Assembly: GCA_002269645.1 (NCBI GenBank)
Contig: NIVC01003800.1
Location: 1-40,196, forward strand
DNA length: 40,196 bases
Direction of reading: 5' to 3'
Source: Macrostomum lignano
Lineage: Eukaryota
A program made the position numbers and the translations under genes. The stretch's first letter is position 1. Each line of letters starts with the position of its first letter. The notes beneath the pieces are model-generated. The model did no database searches, was not told the DNA's origin, and was given only the letters and a program-made list of their open reading frames with translations. Positions 10,568-21,314 of the stretch are shown piece after piece.

Positions 10568-11756
10568 TCTGACTTGTTCACACACACTCACCTTTGCAGC
10601 AACCGTCAGGAGGTGCCTATCGTCAATTCAGCCGAACTAAAGGTTGGAAAGATGTTTATCTAACTAAAACGGCCCTATCTGCAGCTTAAAATTTGTCTAT
10701 AGCTGACGAGTATCTCGGATATTTGTTATTGAGCCTCAGCGAATCGCTGGTGGTTTTATTGTTCGGTTTTTTGCTATGGATTTAATAGGAAGAGGACAGG
10801 CATACGCAAATTTGTACTCATTTGCTTTCAGTTTGGGATTTGTGTGAATGCCAGTCGCGCCAGGTAGAACAAATGCCGAACCAGCAGCCGGCATTGATCA
10901 GGCTGGTAAATGTACGGACACAGTTTTATTCTCTGCAAACAGTTTCTAACCCTTCGGTTTCCGACTAAATCTCTCTCTCTCTACTACACGCGTCGCGAGG
11001 GAAGAAGCGAGTCAGTCCTCTTTTGTTGACTGCACGCTTGCCGTTACTAGCACAGGCATTGGCCAGTCTGAGCAGGGCCTAAAATCAATGCTCCAGGGGG
11101 TAACGTCGAGGGTAAATTGGGAGAATGCGCTTGTAGAATGAAGGGAAGAGAGCGGTGAACTGTAGCCGGTGCTCACTCCAGAGTGGGGGGGGGGCAATTC
11201 TCTAGTCCTCAAGGCGACTTGGTAGAGGAGCTGGTCTGCCTGGGAAAAAAGCCGGTGGTTATAATAGAACATACTAGGAGGGTGCGATAGCGAAGAGAGA
11301 GAGAGAGAGTCGACCAGACAATGGAAGAAAAATGAGAATGTAGAATCTAAAAAATTAAATCGAAAACTCAGAGCTTGACGAGGGAGATGAGGCTGAGAGG
11401 GAGAGACAGACAGCCCGCATTGTGCCGTTGTTGTGGATCCGCGCAGCTCCTGCCACTAACTAGATAGTGAATTTGAGATGTTGTTCTGTTCTGTTCTGTT
11501 GTTCTGATTTGTGCGATGCTCGGCTCAGTGCACACGGATCGATCTGGTCACAAAACTCATAGAAACTAAAACAACAGTCACCGATAACCTGCCTCAGTTG
11601 AATGCATACAGTATTATTCTCTAGTTTGTTCTCAGTCAAATCGTGCTTCGATACTGTTAATAATTAATTCGTAAGGACTAAACAAAAGTGGCTAGCGCAG
11701 AAGTCAGGGCTTCCACAATTGAAGACAACGCTTAGCTATAGGCTTATACGTTAGCA

Positions 11757-13172
11757 ATGAGCGCTCTGCAAGGAACAGATGGTAAGGAAGAAAAGATACC
11801 GACGATCTTTGATGCCGCGCTAGCCGACTCCACATTGGGCATTGCGTTCGCCATTGACACATCGGGCAGTATGCATGCCAAGTTCGAGCCCTTGCTGGAC
11901 GAGCTTGCAGAAGCTTTTAGTCAGCTGACGCGCACTAATCGACGCTACTTTCTGTTTCGATTCGGGGCCGGTCGGGTCGACCGATGGTGTACGATGCTGA
12001 ATAGACGGCGCGAAGCTGGAGTTGACGCTTTTGATGAAGATGAATCGGATGCGGATGCGGCAATCAGATGGCTTCGCCTATGCGGCTGTCGGGGCGATTC
12101 CCGCGGCGCTAGGGCGGCTCTATCTGCCGTTCTATCTGCCGACGGCTGCGACGCTGCCTGCCTTGTAATGGACGGCCTTCCGGAAGGTGGTCAACAAGCC
12201 GAATTGGCTGCTTTTGTGAGCGCCAGTCGTCAGTCCAAATGCCGAATCCACTGCGTGTGTCCAGAGTTGACTGGTGTTCCAGTCCAGGCGGGCCTGACAG
12301 AGTTTTTTAACCGGCTGGCGGTCGCCACCGCTGGCTCGCTCACCATTTCCAGAATCGGCATCAGCAGCGTTGGCAGAGACGGCCTCAACCGTGTGGGCCC
12401 GGTGCTACGCGTGTCGCACGCCTGGTCACCTGCACGCGGCGGCAGCCATAGTCTGCCGAGCCGGTATCCAGTCACTGCTGCACTGTCCGGCGACCCTTTG
12501 CTCAACGCGCAATCCTGGATCAAGTTTCAAACCTCGCGACGATCGCGGCCACGTCCACCGTCACCATCGTTGGCACCTTCTCAAAGTGCTGCTGTTGGTA
12601 CACTTATTGGACAGCGGGTCCTTGCCAGACGTCAGTCGGATGGCCAGTTTTACGGAGGCATTGTGCGCGACTGTAGCAGCTGTGATCAGGTTTGATTTCA
12701 TGCTTTAGCTCACATCTTGGCGTTGTAACTATGCCTCATACGTGATACCAGTGCGTCTACTATATCTATTTAGACCAACGTTTCACCGATCTATCGAGTG
12801 GAGTTCGGTCCGGTTGAGGCGCCAGATGGATTCGCCGTCTACACTTACCGCTTCGTGCCGCTGCCCGACTTGATCTGCCTGGACGATGGACTGAGGCGGA
12901 GCATCCGGCTAGGCGACTGGGTGTTGGCTCCGGTGTCGATGAACAAGAGAAAAACAGTCAGCGGTCCCTACCTTACGGCTAGAGTTCTCCAGCGCTCTCC
13001 GACTTCGTTAGTCATTGCTTTCGACGATGTTGAAGCAGCTGGCGGAGTCTGTAGCGTGGCTGTCTCGGCGGACAGTGTCGTCCGCATCGACAACGATCTA
13101 CATCGCCGGCTAAACCTGGAGGCCGTTCTTCGACAGAGCCGCGTAAGCTTAATGACGAAGTCCGATTCGTAG
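11757..13172 (+). CDS. vWA-domain protein with C-terminal tandem Tudor-like (DUF4537-like) module; VWA3B/C11orf16-like, about 443 aa
   Basis: Exons 11757-12689 and 12774-13172 (84-nt phase-0 intron GTTTGA...TTTAG). MIDAS motif FAIDTSGSM and a later MDGLP. C-terminal IGQRVLARRQSDGQFYGGIV...YRVEF...IRLGDWVLAP resembles DUF4537. Confidence 0.8.
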
Positions 13173-13997
13173 ACTGCAATGTAACGTTCTTCGATAGACA
13201 CCGTCATTCCTCACTGATTGATTCGCTGGAAAGTGTCTAAAGATGTATTTTTTCTATCATCAAATGAAGTTATTTTAAAGCATCGGTCTGATACTAGTTC
13301 ATTCATGAGTGTATCTTCTCAGAAACCTGTTTGGCGAATAATTCCAAGAATTAAAAGTCGAAACTGAAATCAGTGCAAAACTTTGCAAAACAGTGTTAAC
13401 ACTACTAGTCAAACTGTCAACCACTTGCTGTCTCCAGTTCCTAAAATGGGCATTGTTATATTCGAAGTCTTTTCCTCCGGGACTCTCTACCGGGGCTGAA
13501 CGAACGGGCATGTGAAAAAATTAACTAATGAATCGAATCAAAAGCACGGCTTTCTAAACTGTTGATGAAAACAGTATCCTTTAAATAGTGTAGAAGTTTA
13601 TAAACTTGTTTTATTTGATTGCTAAGACCAGCTTATTTGCAGTTTCTCAGAAGGGTAAAAAGCTTCAATTTTAGTACAGACTAAAAATTATTTTTTAAAG
13701 AGTAAATAATTTGAAGAGTCTTTCGTTATAGATATCGGCTGATGTATTCATATAAATATATGAGAGCATGACTCATGGTACGAGCGTACTTTCTACGCGT
13801 AGGGCCAACACCACACCATGAAAACATCTATAAAGCAGAAAAGTGACAAAAAGGGACAACTGTAAATCAGTCGGTACTAATAGGGAATAGATAGAAGGAT
13901 GCTTGTGATGCATTTTTTAACCTTTTTGGGTGTAATTTGACACCCATCCCGCCATTTTGCCAGGATTTCAAACTATAGGAACGTTTCCAACGAGATT

Positions 13998-14356
13998 TTT
14001 TTATTAGAGGCAGGGGGGTTGTGTGCACCCTGGCGCACTTTAAGCGACATTGGCACACAACCGGCGAGAGGCATTACTGCCCATTCCACCGACTCCCCTG
14101 AGCAGGCATACTAGCGCGCGGATACGTACGCAGGCACACACTCACACAGGAGTGTACAGCGGCCCTAACTTTATATATCGTTAGGCATGTACACTTCACT
14201 GCGCCTTGGGGGGTTGGCCCTCAAGGCCGTTAATTGCACGAGCAGAGCCAAGCTGAGATTCCAATTCAGCCCCAAATTAATGTGACTGCACTTGGAATCG
14301 AGCCTGGGTCGCTGGCACACCAGAGCAGCTGCGCTACCGCTGGGCTACGGCCCCCC
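13998..14356 (-). mobile_element. SINE family A, full-length young copy with 14-bp TSD
   Basis: Nearly identical reverse complement of the 7277 copy. TSD TTTCCAACGAGATT at 13984-13997 and 14358-14371. Confidence 0.95.
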
Positions 14357-14698
14357 TTTTCCAACGAGATTATTCTTACGCAAAATATTTTACCATAAAA
14401 ATTGAAGTACTCGTATTACTGTATGAAATTTTACTGAAGAAGGTTATAAAATTACCGCTTTCCCGTCTAATTTTTCTAGATTTTACACCTGCATCAGGAC
14501 ACGCACATCCTTGATTAGGGTACCCAGCCATTCTCATCATCAGGGATAGTCAGGTTGCTCAAACGGTGCCTAGCATTCAAATAGTCTTGGCGTTAACTAC
14601 AAACGAGGAAAATAAATCGAAAACAAGCAATGCTATGGCGGGAAAATGAGACAGCAGCGAATAAAATTTCTCAGTCACAAGCGAAGCTTGATTAGTTT

Positions 14699-17600
14699 TC
14701 ACTTGCCCTCCATCAGCTGGACCTTCTTCAACAGCAGTAGGCTTCTGTCGCAGTCGGGCAGCTCAGCGAAGGCCGCGTCCTTGTCTAGATCGGCCAGCGG
14801 CATTCTTGCGAACAGCGGCGTGGCGCAGTCCTCCATCTGGCGGCTGGTGTGCCGTCTGGCCAGCAGGAAGCCGCGCACTGGCGACATCCGGCCGGCGCGC
14901 ATCCCGGCAACCAGGACGCGCTCAGCCGTGGCCTTGAGGTTCGGCACCTGTTGTCGGTCGGCAATACACGAACGCGTTTGAGCTTATTTATTCTCTGAGT
15001 CACCCACAGTTAATTCAGAAATGACTGCTTAAACGGTAGGTTTTATAAGACTTTGCCACCGAGTCGTCTTCAACATGAAGGCATCTGCTCATTAGGGAGT
15101 CTTGAGTAAAAACATTGTTCTTACAAGTATATGGTTGTCTCTCTCCGATCCGTACCTAAGAACACCTCAAGGCATGAACTAATATTTGTAACCGCGGTTC
15201 TGGCCACTGTCAGAGTCGACTCGGAGAGCCATTCTATAATAATTCATCATTCCAACATTATTCTGCAAACCGAACAGCTTGTACAGTGCTAACTCTGCGG
15301 GAATCTCAACTTGAAACCTCGGTGTTGCTAACACTGTCCCATCAGATGAACTGGAGCTGACCTTAACTGACCATTTGCACCCCGTGCCTACCGGGCGAGC
15401 AGCTCAGCGGTCAACAGTCCGTATCTCGCTCCAAAGCACCCAGGTTCGATTCCATTTGCGGCCAGATTTATTTGCGGCTTGTGTACAAAAGATTCCATGA
15501 GGGCCACCCCCCAAGGCACTCAGTTTTAGAATGCCTGACAATCAGAAAGTCAGGGTCGTTGTACACCCAGTGTGGGTGAACATGAGCGTGTATCTGTGTG
15601 AGTGCGCGTCAGCAGAATGGGCCAGACTGCTTGCTTTCTCCTCGCTGGTCAACTGTCGCCTCTATTTGCGGCATTGCCTAAAGTGCTCCCTGCGAGCTAA
15701 CTTTCACCAAACTACCACCAAATTATCACCAAACTATCACCAAACTATCACCAAACTTTCACCAAACTACCACCAAACTATCACCAAACTACTACCAAAC
15801 TACCACCAAACTACCAACAAATTATCACCAAACTATCACCAAACTATCACCAAACTTTCACCAAACTACCTCCAAACAACCACCAAACTATCACCAAACT
15901 ACCACCAAACTATCACCAAACTACTACCAAACTGCCACCAAACTATCACTAAACTGCCACCAAACTATCACCAAACTACTACCAAACTACCACCAAACTA
16001 TCACCAAACTACCACCAAACTATCACCAAACTACCACCAAACTATCACCAAACTTTCACCAAACTTTCACCAAACTACCACCAAACTATCACCAAACTAC
16101 CACCAAACTATCACCAAACTTTCACCAAACTTTCACCAAACTACCACCAAACTACCACCAAACTATCACCAAACTTTCACCAAACTTTCACCAAACTACC
16201 ACCAAACTACCACCAAACTATCACCAAACTTTCACCAAACTTTCACCAAACTACCACCAAACTACCACCAAACTATCACCAAACTACCACCAAACTACCA
16301 CCAAACTATCACCAAACTTTCACCAAACTACCACCAAACTATCACAGAGTTAACTATCACCGAACTATCACCGAGTTATCATCGTGGCCGCAATTACGAA
16401 AAACACAAGCCTATTAAGGAGCATATTAACCAGGGGCAACTCTGCTTAGAGGTGATAAACACAAACCTTGAACTCATCGGCCATCGCTAGCATGGCGGGC
16501 GCCGCCTCCACAGACAGGCGAGACTTGCTGCCCGGGTACAGCAGGCTCAGGAACAGCTGCACGTCCTCGTAGCGCTTGCCCATCAGCCGAATAGAAGCGT
16601 CGCGACTGTCGGCAATCTTAGTGCGGAAGTACTCCGACTGGCAGCTCAGGCACTCTGGCAGGGCGTACAGCTTCCTGTCCTCCACCACCAGCTCGAGACT
16701 GTTGCAGCAGTTCTCGCCGTTGCCGCCACGTCGGGTGAAATCCGGCACCGGGTTGGAGCCCTCGATGCGCTGCAGCAGCGGGCTGGCCGGCTCGAAAATC
16801 AGGGCAATCACGTGCAGGTCGAACTTCAGCCGGTACGCGTCCGGCGCCTCCTCGGCCCGCTGGATGGCGGCTTGGCGGACTCGTAGCGCCAGGAATTCGA
16901 ACTCGGACTCCACCTGGAACAGGTTGCCGCTGGCTAGTTTGGCCACGTCCCAGGAGTTCTTGTCGGTTCGGTACTGCGGCTCGATCAGGAGGTGAATTCT
17001 GCGCAGCGGCTCCTGCAGTAACAGCTTCAGGCGGAACTCCAGCCTGTTGGGGTTTATCAAGCTCAATTGTGGGGCTTATCAAGCTCAATTGTGGGGCTTA
17101 TCAAGCTCAATTGTGGGGCTTATCAAGCTCAATTGTGGGGCTTATCAAGCTCAATGTTTGGGGTTTATTAAGCCCAATGTGTGGGGTTTATCAAACTTAA
17201 GTGTGGGGCTTATCAAGCTCAATTTTTGGGTTTATCAGGCTCAATGGTTAGGGCTTATCAAGCTCAATGTTTGGGGTTTATCAAACTTAAGTTTGGGGTT
17301 TATTAAGCTTAATATTTGGTGTTCATCAAGCTCATTTGTTGGATTTATCAATATCAATGTTTGGGTTTATCAAGTTCGATGTTTGGGGTTTATCAAGCCC
17401 AATGTTTGGGGTTTATCAAGCCCAATGTTTGGGGTTTATCAAGCTCAATGTATGGGATTTATCAAGCTCAATTTTTGGGATTTATCAAGCTCAATTTTGG
17501 GAATTTATCAAGCTCAATGTATGGGATTTATCAAGCTCAATTTTTGGGATTTATCAAGCTCAATTTTTTGGATTTATCAAGCTCACTTGCAGTGTTAATC

Positions 17601-18458
17601 GGACTCAGGTGAACAATTAGTGAACAAATTGGAGTACTCTGTTTTGGAATCAGGGCCGTCATTAGTAATGCGTCACAATTACCATTGGCATGCAGTGGCC
17701 GTAAGCATCTGGTCAGAAATTCGATGATAGCACTGGTGTAGATGATAATACCGTAAGTATATCTATGGCCCTGACCTAAAGCCTGACGTGCTAAGAGGCA
17801 AGGAGAGAAAATATATAGAATCAACTTGGCTCGCCATCAGAGCCAGCCCAACATTGAAATAGATATAACAAGCACTACGTGATGCTACTGACAGTAAGTA
17901 GACAAGATAGCTCAACATTATCAAGAGTTAATAAAAGTTTGAAAATGCAATATAAAATCGTGAAAACGCTCACGCAGGGTGTACAGCCTCCCTAAATTTC
18001 TAAGAAACAGGCATGTACACTCTTTGTGCCTTGAGGGTTGGCCCTCATAGGTGTGAATCGTACGACAACCCTAACCCACCTTTTCGTGCACAAGCCGCAA
18101 AATTCAGTTCCAAATGAATTTGGCCTTGCACGGAATCGAACCAGGGTCAGTGGTGCGAAGGTCAGAGGTTGCACCACTGAGCTGCCTGCCCCCCCCACCT
18201 AGCGAATGTCGCTTACCAGCTGTCCTCCTTCTTCAGGCACTGCCCGGTGACCAGCAAGTGCTCCGGAGCCAGCCGGTGCTCCTCGGACATCGCAATGGAG
18301 CCGCTGTTTGCGCACAGGTCGGCCAGCAGAGTCGGCTGCGTTGCCGCACCGCTGGCAGGCAGCAGAATGTTGGCCCTCAGCGGGCTGGCAAACGGGATGC
18401 TCTGCTTGGATCCGGTGCCGGTCCTGGGCGACTCAGGCGATGTGGGTGACTGCGGCAT
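14699..18458 (-). CDS. BTB/POZ-domain protein with a divergent N-terminal (possibly MATH-like) region, 3 coding exons, about 355 aa
   Basis: Exons 18458-18217 (TG|GTAAGC, phase 2), 17043-16467 (CAACAG|G ... AAG|GTTTGT) and 14947-14699. The spliced product reads LELVVEDRKLYALPECLSCQSEYFRTKI...LFLSLLYP...MLAMADEFK|VPNLKATAERVL, a BTB signature. The start codon and last exon are less certain. Confidence 0.82.
15393..15700 (+). mobile_element. SINE family A, diverged subfamily copy
   Basis: A-box CAGCTCAGCGG, B-box GGTTCGATTCC, body CCATGAGGGCCACCCCCCAAGGCAC...ATGCCTGAC...GTCAGGGTCGTTGTACACCC. Confidence 0.85.
15703..16372. repeat. 11-bp minisatellite (CACCAAACTAT/CACCAAACTAC/CACCAAACTTT)n, about 60 copies
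   Basis: Unit visible directly. The 11-aa periodicity (3 x 11 nt) in ORF 15531..16490 agrees. Intronic. Confidence 0.96.
17048..17587. repeat. About 22-bp minisatellite (GGGGCTTATCAAGCTCAATTGT)n
   Basis: Near-perfect units at 17049-17150 that diverge rightwards. Abuts the BTB exon acceptor. Confidence 0.93.
17965..18197 (-). mobile_element. SINE family A, diverged copy with a different tRNA head
   Basis: Minus strand reads GGGGGCAGGCAGCTCAGTGG...GGTTCGATTCC...CCTATGAGGGCCAACCCTCAAGGCAC...GAGTGTACATGCC...GCTGTACACCCTG. Confidence 0.85.
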
Positions 18459-19196
18459 CGTCTCTGCTTGCTCAGGTCCTGCTGGCTTCAAAATTGGCTT
18501 TCAATTCTATTGCTTTCGACTCTGCCAAAATCTTTCTTGATCTCTCCCTCCCCTATTGTAGTTTTCTAAGCATTTGCGGCGGGGAGCGGGCGGGAGCGAG
18601 AGGAGAGAGAGGGACAGAGAAACGCCCCAATCCCCATTCCCCATGCTAGCGAGCAGTTGGCGCTGATCGATATATTATCGATTTCCCCCCAAGGCGATCA
18701 GCGATCTGGAGGGTAAGGGGGTGAAGGAAGACTACCGGCTGCTTGAGATCTGGCCCGGTAGCTGACAGACAGGATTTTCAGCTCAATAGTTCATTGGGAC
18801 TAAAGTAGTTGCTAGACCGCCAGTGCAGGGGAATGATAGAATTGGGAGCAATTGTCCCCGCACCTGCTGCAATACTTGCCAAATAGCTCTAAATTGCTTT
18901 TCTAAATCTCTCCACAAAAGTAGAAATCAACCAACAAATTTCAAGTTAGTAGAATGCTGCGCTTTTTTCTTGCGGTTATAAAGTAAAATTTTCACTTCAA
19001 ATGATTTTTGGGTCATTTATACGCCTATAGTATATGTCCATCTAATACACGTTATTATACTCTTGTGCATGAAATGTGGACGTCAAAGTAGTTTATAACA
19101 AACTATTTTAATATCTGTTATTAGTGTTACACGGCATGTCTTGATTTTAGAGGTCTTGTATTATCATTATAGTGATTGATTGACAAGCAGATATAA

Positions 19197-19858
19197 GATA
19201 TTTATTCCCCACTTGGCCCGGACCATAGACTACAGAAACCTATTTATTCCTCCACTTGGGTCCGGCCATAGACTACAGAAACCTATTTATTCCATGCTTG
19301 GGTCCGGCCATAGACTACAGAAACCTATTTATTCCATGCTTGGGTCCGGCCATAGACTACAGAAACCTATTTATTCCATGCTTGGGTCCGGCCATAGACT
19401 ACAGAAACCTATTTATTCCATGCTTGGGTCCGGCCATAGACTACAGAAACCTATTTATTCCATGCTTGGGTCCGGCCATAGACTACAGAAACCTATTTAT
19501 TCCATGCTTGGGTCCGGCCATAGACTACAGAAACCTATTTATTCCATGCTTGGGTCCGGCCATAGACTACAGAAACCTATTTATTCCATGCTTGGGTCCG
19601 GCCATAGACTACAGAAACCTATTTATTCCATGCTTGGGTCCGGCCATAGACTACAGAAACCTATTTATTCCATGCTTGGGTCCGGCCATAGACTACAGAA
19701 ACCTATTTATTCCATGCTTGGGTCCGGCCATAGACTACAGAAACCTATTTATTCCATGCTTGGGTCCGGCCATAGACTACAGAAACCTATTTATTCCATG
19801 CTTGGGTCCGGCCATAGACTACAGAAACCTATTTATTCCCCATTAGGGCCCGGCCATA
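19197..19858. repeat. 42-bp minisatellite (GGGTCCGGCCATAGACTACAGAAACCTATTTATTCCATGCTT)n
   Basis: 14 units from 19258 (13 identical), plus degenerate flanking units. Confidence 0.98.
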
Positions 19859-19945
19859 GGTTCAATTGCAGTTTTATTGCGCCATAGCTTTGCCCTCCCC
19901 ACAGTCTCGACAGCGGTACGCTTCATCGGACCGAAGTAAATAATT

Positions 19946-20008
19946 TCACAAGACTGAAGGACGCCTGCTCCTCTCCGAGTCCTCTGATGCGCCGGGACAT
20001 CTGGCCAC
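19946..20008 (+). mobile_element. Possible fragment of the CORE-SINE 3' tail
   Basis: GACTGAA...GATGCGCCG...CATCTGGCC occur in the same order as at 4768-4889. Confidence 0.35.
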
Positions 20009-21314
20009 CTTGATAGGCGAGTCAGACGTATTTTTATAGAATTTCCTATTTTTATTTGCTTAAAAATACTTAGTTACACGACTTAGAGTAGTCTAGTAGA
20101 GTTAATAACAAGCTTTGGTTTTTGGGTGCTCAGTCTTGGTTCTTGTCAATATTCAGGCTTTGCGCCACGGAGCAATAAAAAATGAGGTGTTTCAATAAAG
20201 TTGGCACTCAATAAGCAGCTTGTATTAAATAAATGCAAGTACGAGCGTACATTATTTCAAACCCATTCGGCTGCTGTACAATGGGACAGAAAATTATGTA
20301 CAAGCCTACTGAGCTGTAAGGGAATTCTTGAGCACTAGCTAGTAGTCCAGTTTAGAACCCCCACAAGTTTAGGATGAAGAAGAGCTTATCCACCAGAGGG
20401 ATCAGAATCCGGACCCGAGGGGGAAAGGCGGCAAAGCTTTATTCAGAGCCTCGGACTGAAGGCGATTCGGCTAAGTCTATCGGGAGTCCCCTGCGGCAGC
20501 GGGGCATGCAGTTTGTGCGCTACCGGGGTGGACGAGAAACTTGATTGATTTCTAATTAGGAGCCTTCGGGCTGATTTCTTGATCGCAGTTGAGCCAGGCG
20601 GCTTGAAAGCAGTTAGTCCGGAATTGCTCAGCTGTGCTCACGCAGAGGCGCCTCAGCATTGGGGAGGATATTCCCCCCCGCGGGAATGGTAGGAAAGAAT
20701 ATCCCAATTTGCTTCGGCTGACTGCCTTCCCTGCTCTGAGCGATTCGCTGCCAACTATGCATTCTCGGGTGAGTAGCTGAGGTGCACGCATTTTTTAAAT
20801 AGAAATCGAGGGTTTGCTGGCACCAATGAGCTCGCACTGTCAACTAGGAGTAGACAAATACGGCGCCTGCAAAGGTAGGGATTGGATCTGGACCCCCCAG
20901 CCCCCAACTGCCTACCACTCACCCAGCACATCAGCAAATAGTCCGCAGGAAGCAGGCTGTCTGCGCAGCTCAGCTAGGAAACGGATTTCTGCTCAATTTT
21001 TCGGCTGGACAGCCGCTCTGGAGGGTAGCAACAGGGTTTAGAGAGTTAGCTGCTGAGCTCTCTTCTCCTTGGCTGGGCAATAGTAGAAAACCTATGGCTC
21101 ACAATCCGTTTCCAATGCTCTCCAACCTCTCGTAGGAAAGCCGGTTGAAGAAGTGATTTTGGTTGTTCGGCCAATTGGATGGGGATTAGCCAACTTAGCG
21201 CATAGGCCACTCGAAGCCTTTAATAACTGGAGCTTCCTCTTCAACTATAGCGAGTGGAACTGAGCCCCCAGTCTTCCGCCAGAGCAGCATTAGAAAGCAA
21301 AAATAAGTTTGATT

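Noticed and set aside
10700-10730. Hammerhead-like CTGACGAG followed by a small stem (TATC-TCG-GATA); also CTGATGA/CTGACGA at 39684-39716
   Set aside because: No GAAA follows stem II and no stems I/III could be formed.
11010-11275. Possible additional SINE or ORF on the minus strand between the divergent genes
   Set aside because: There is no clear A/B box or tail, no second copy in the window, and the ORF begins at a non-conserved site with no domain.
11575-11592. RFX X-box candidate GTCACCGATAAC
   Set aside because: The spacing and second half-site deviate from the consensus, so it is too weak to call.
13299-13511. 70-aa minus-strand ORF downstream of the vWA gene
   Set aside because: It is short and AT-rich, with no splice or domain support.
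15531-16490. 319-aa ORF with TKLSPNYHQTI repeats
   Set aside because: It starts inside a SINE, runs through an 11-bp minisatellite, and lies antisense within a BTB-gene intron.
4570-18197. tRNA genes at the A/B-box sites (4570, 7277, 14356, 15393, 18197)
   Set aside because: The cloverleafs are incomplete and each continues into a SINE body, so they are SINE heads rather than functional tRNAs.
19180-19887. 235-aa repeat ORF, or a CRISPR-like array
   Set aside because: The units are identical and contiguous with no unique spacers, there are no cas genes, and the context is eukaryotic. The open frame follows from the 42-nt unit.
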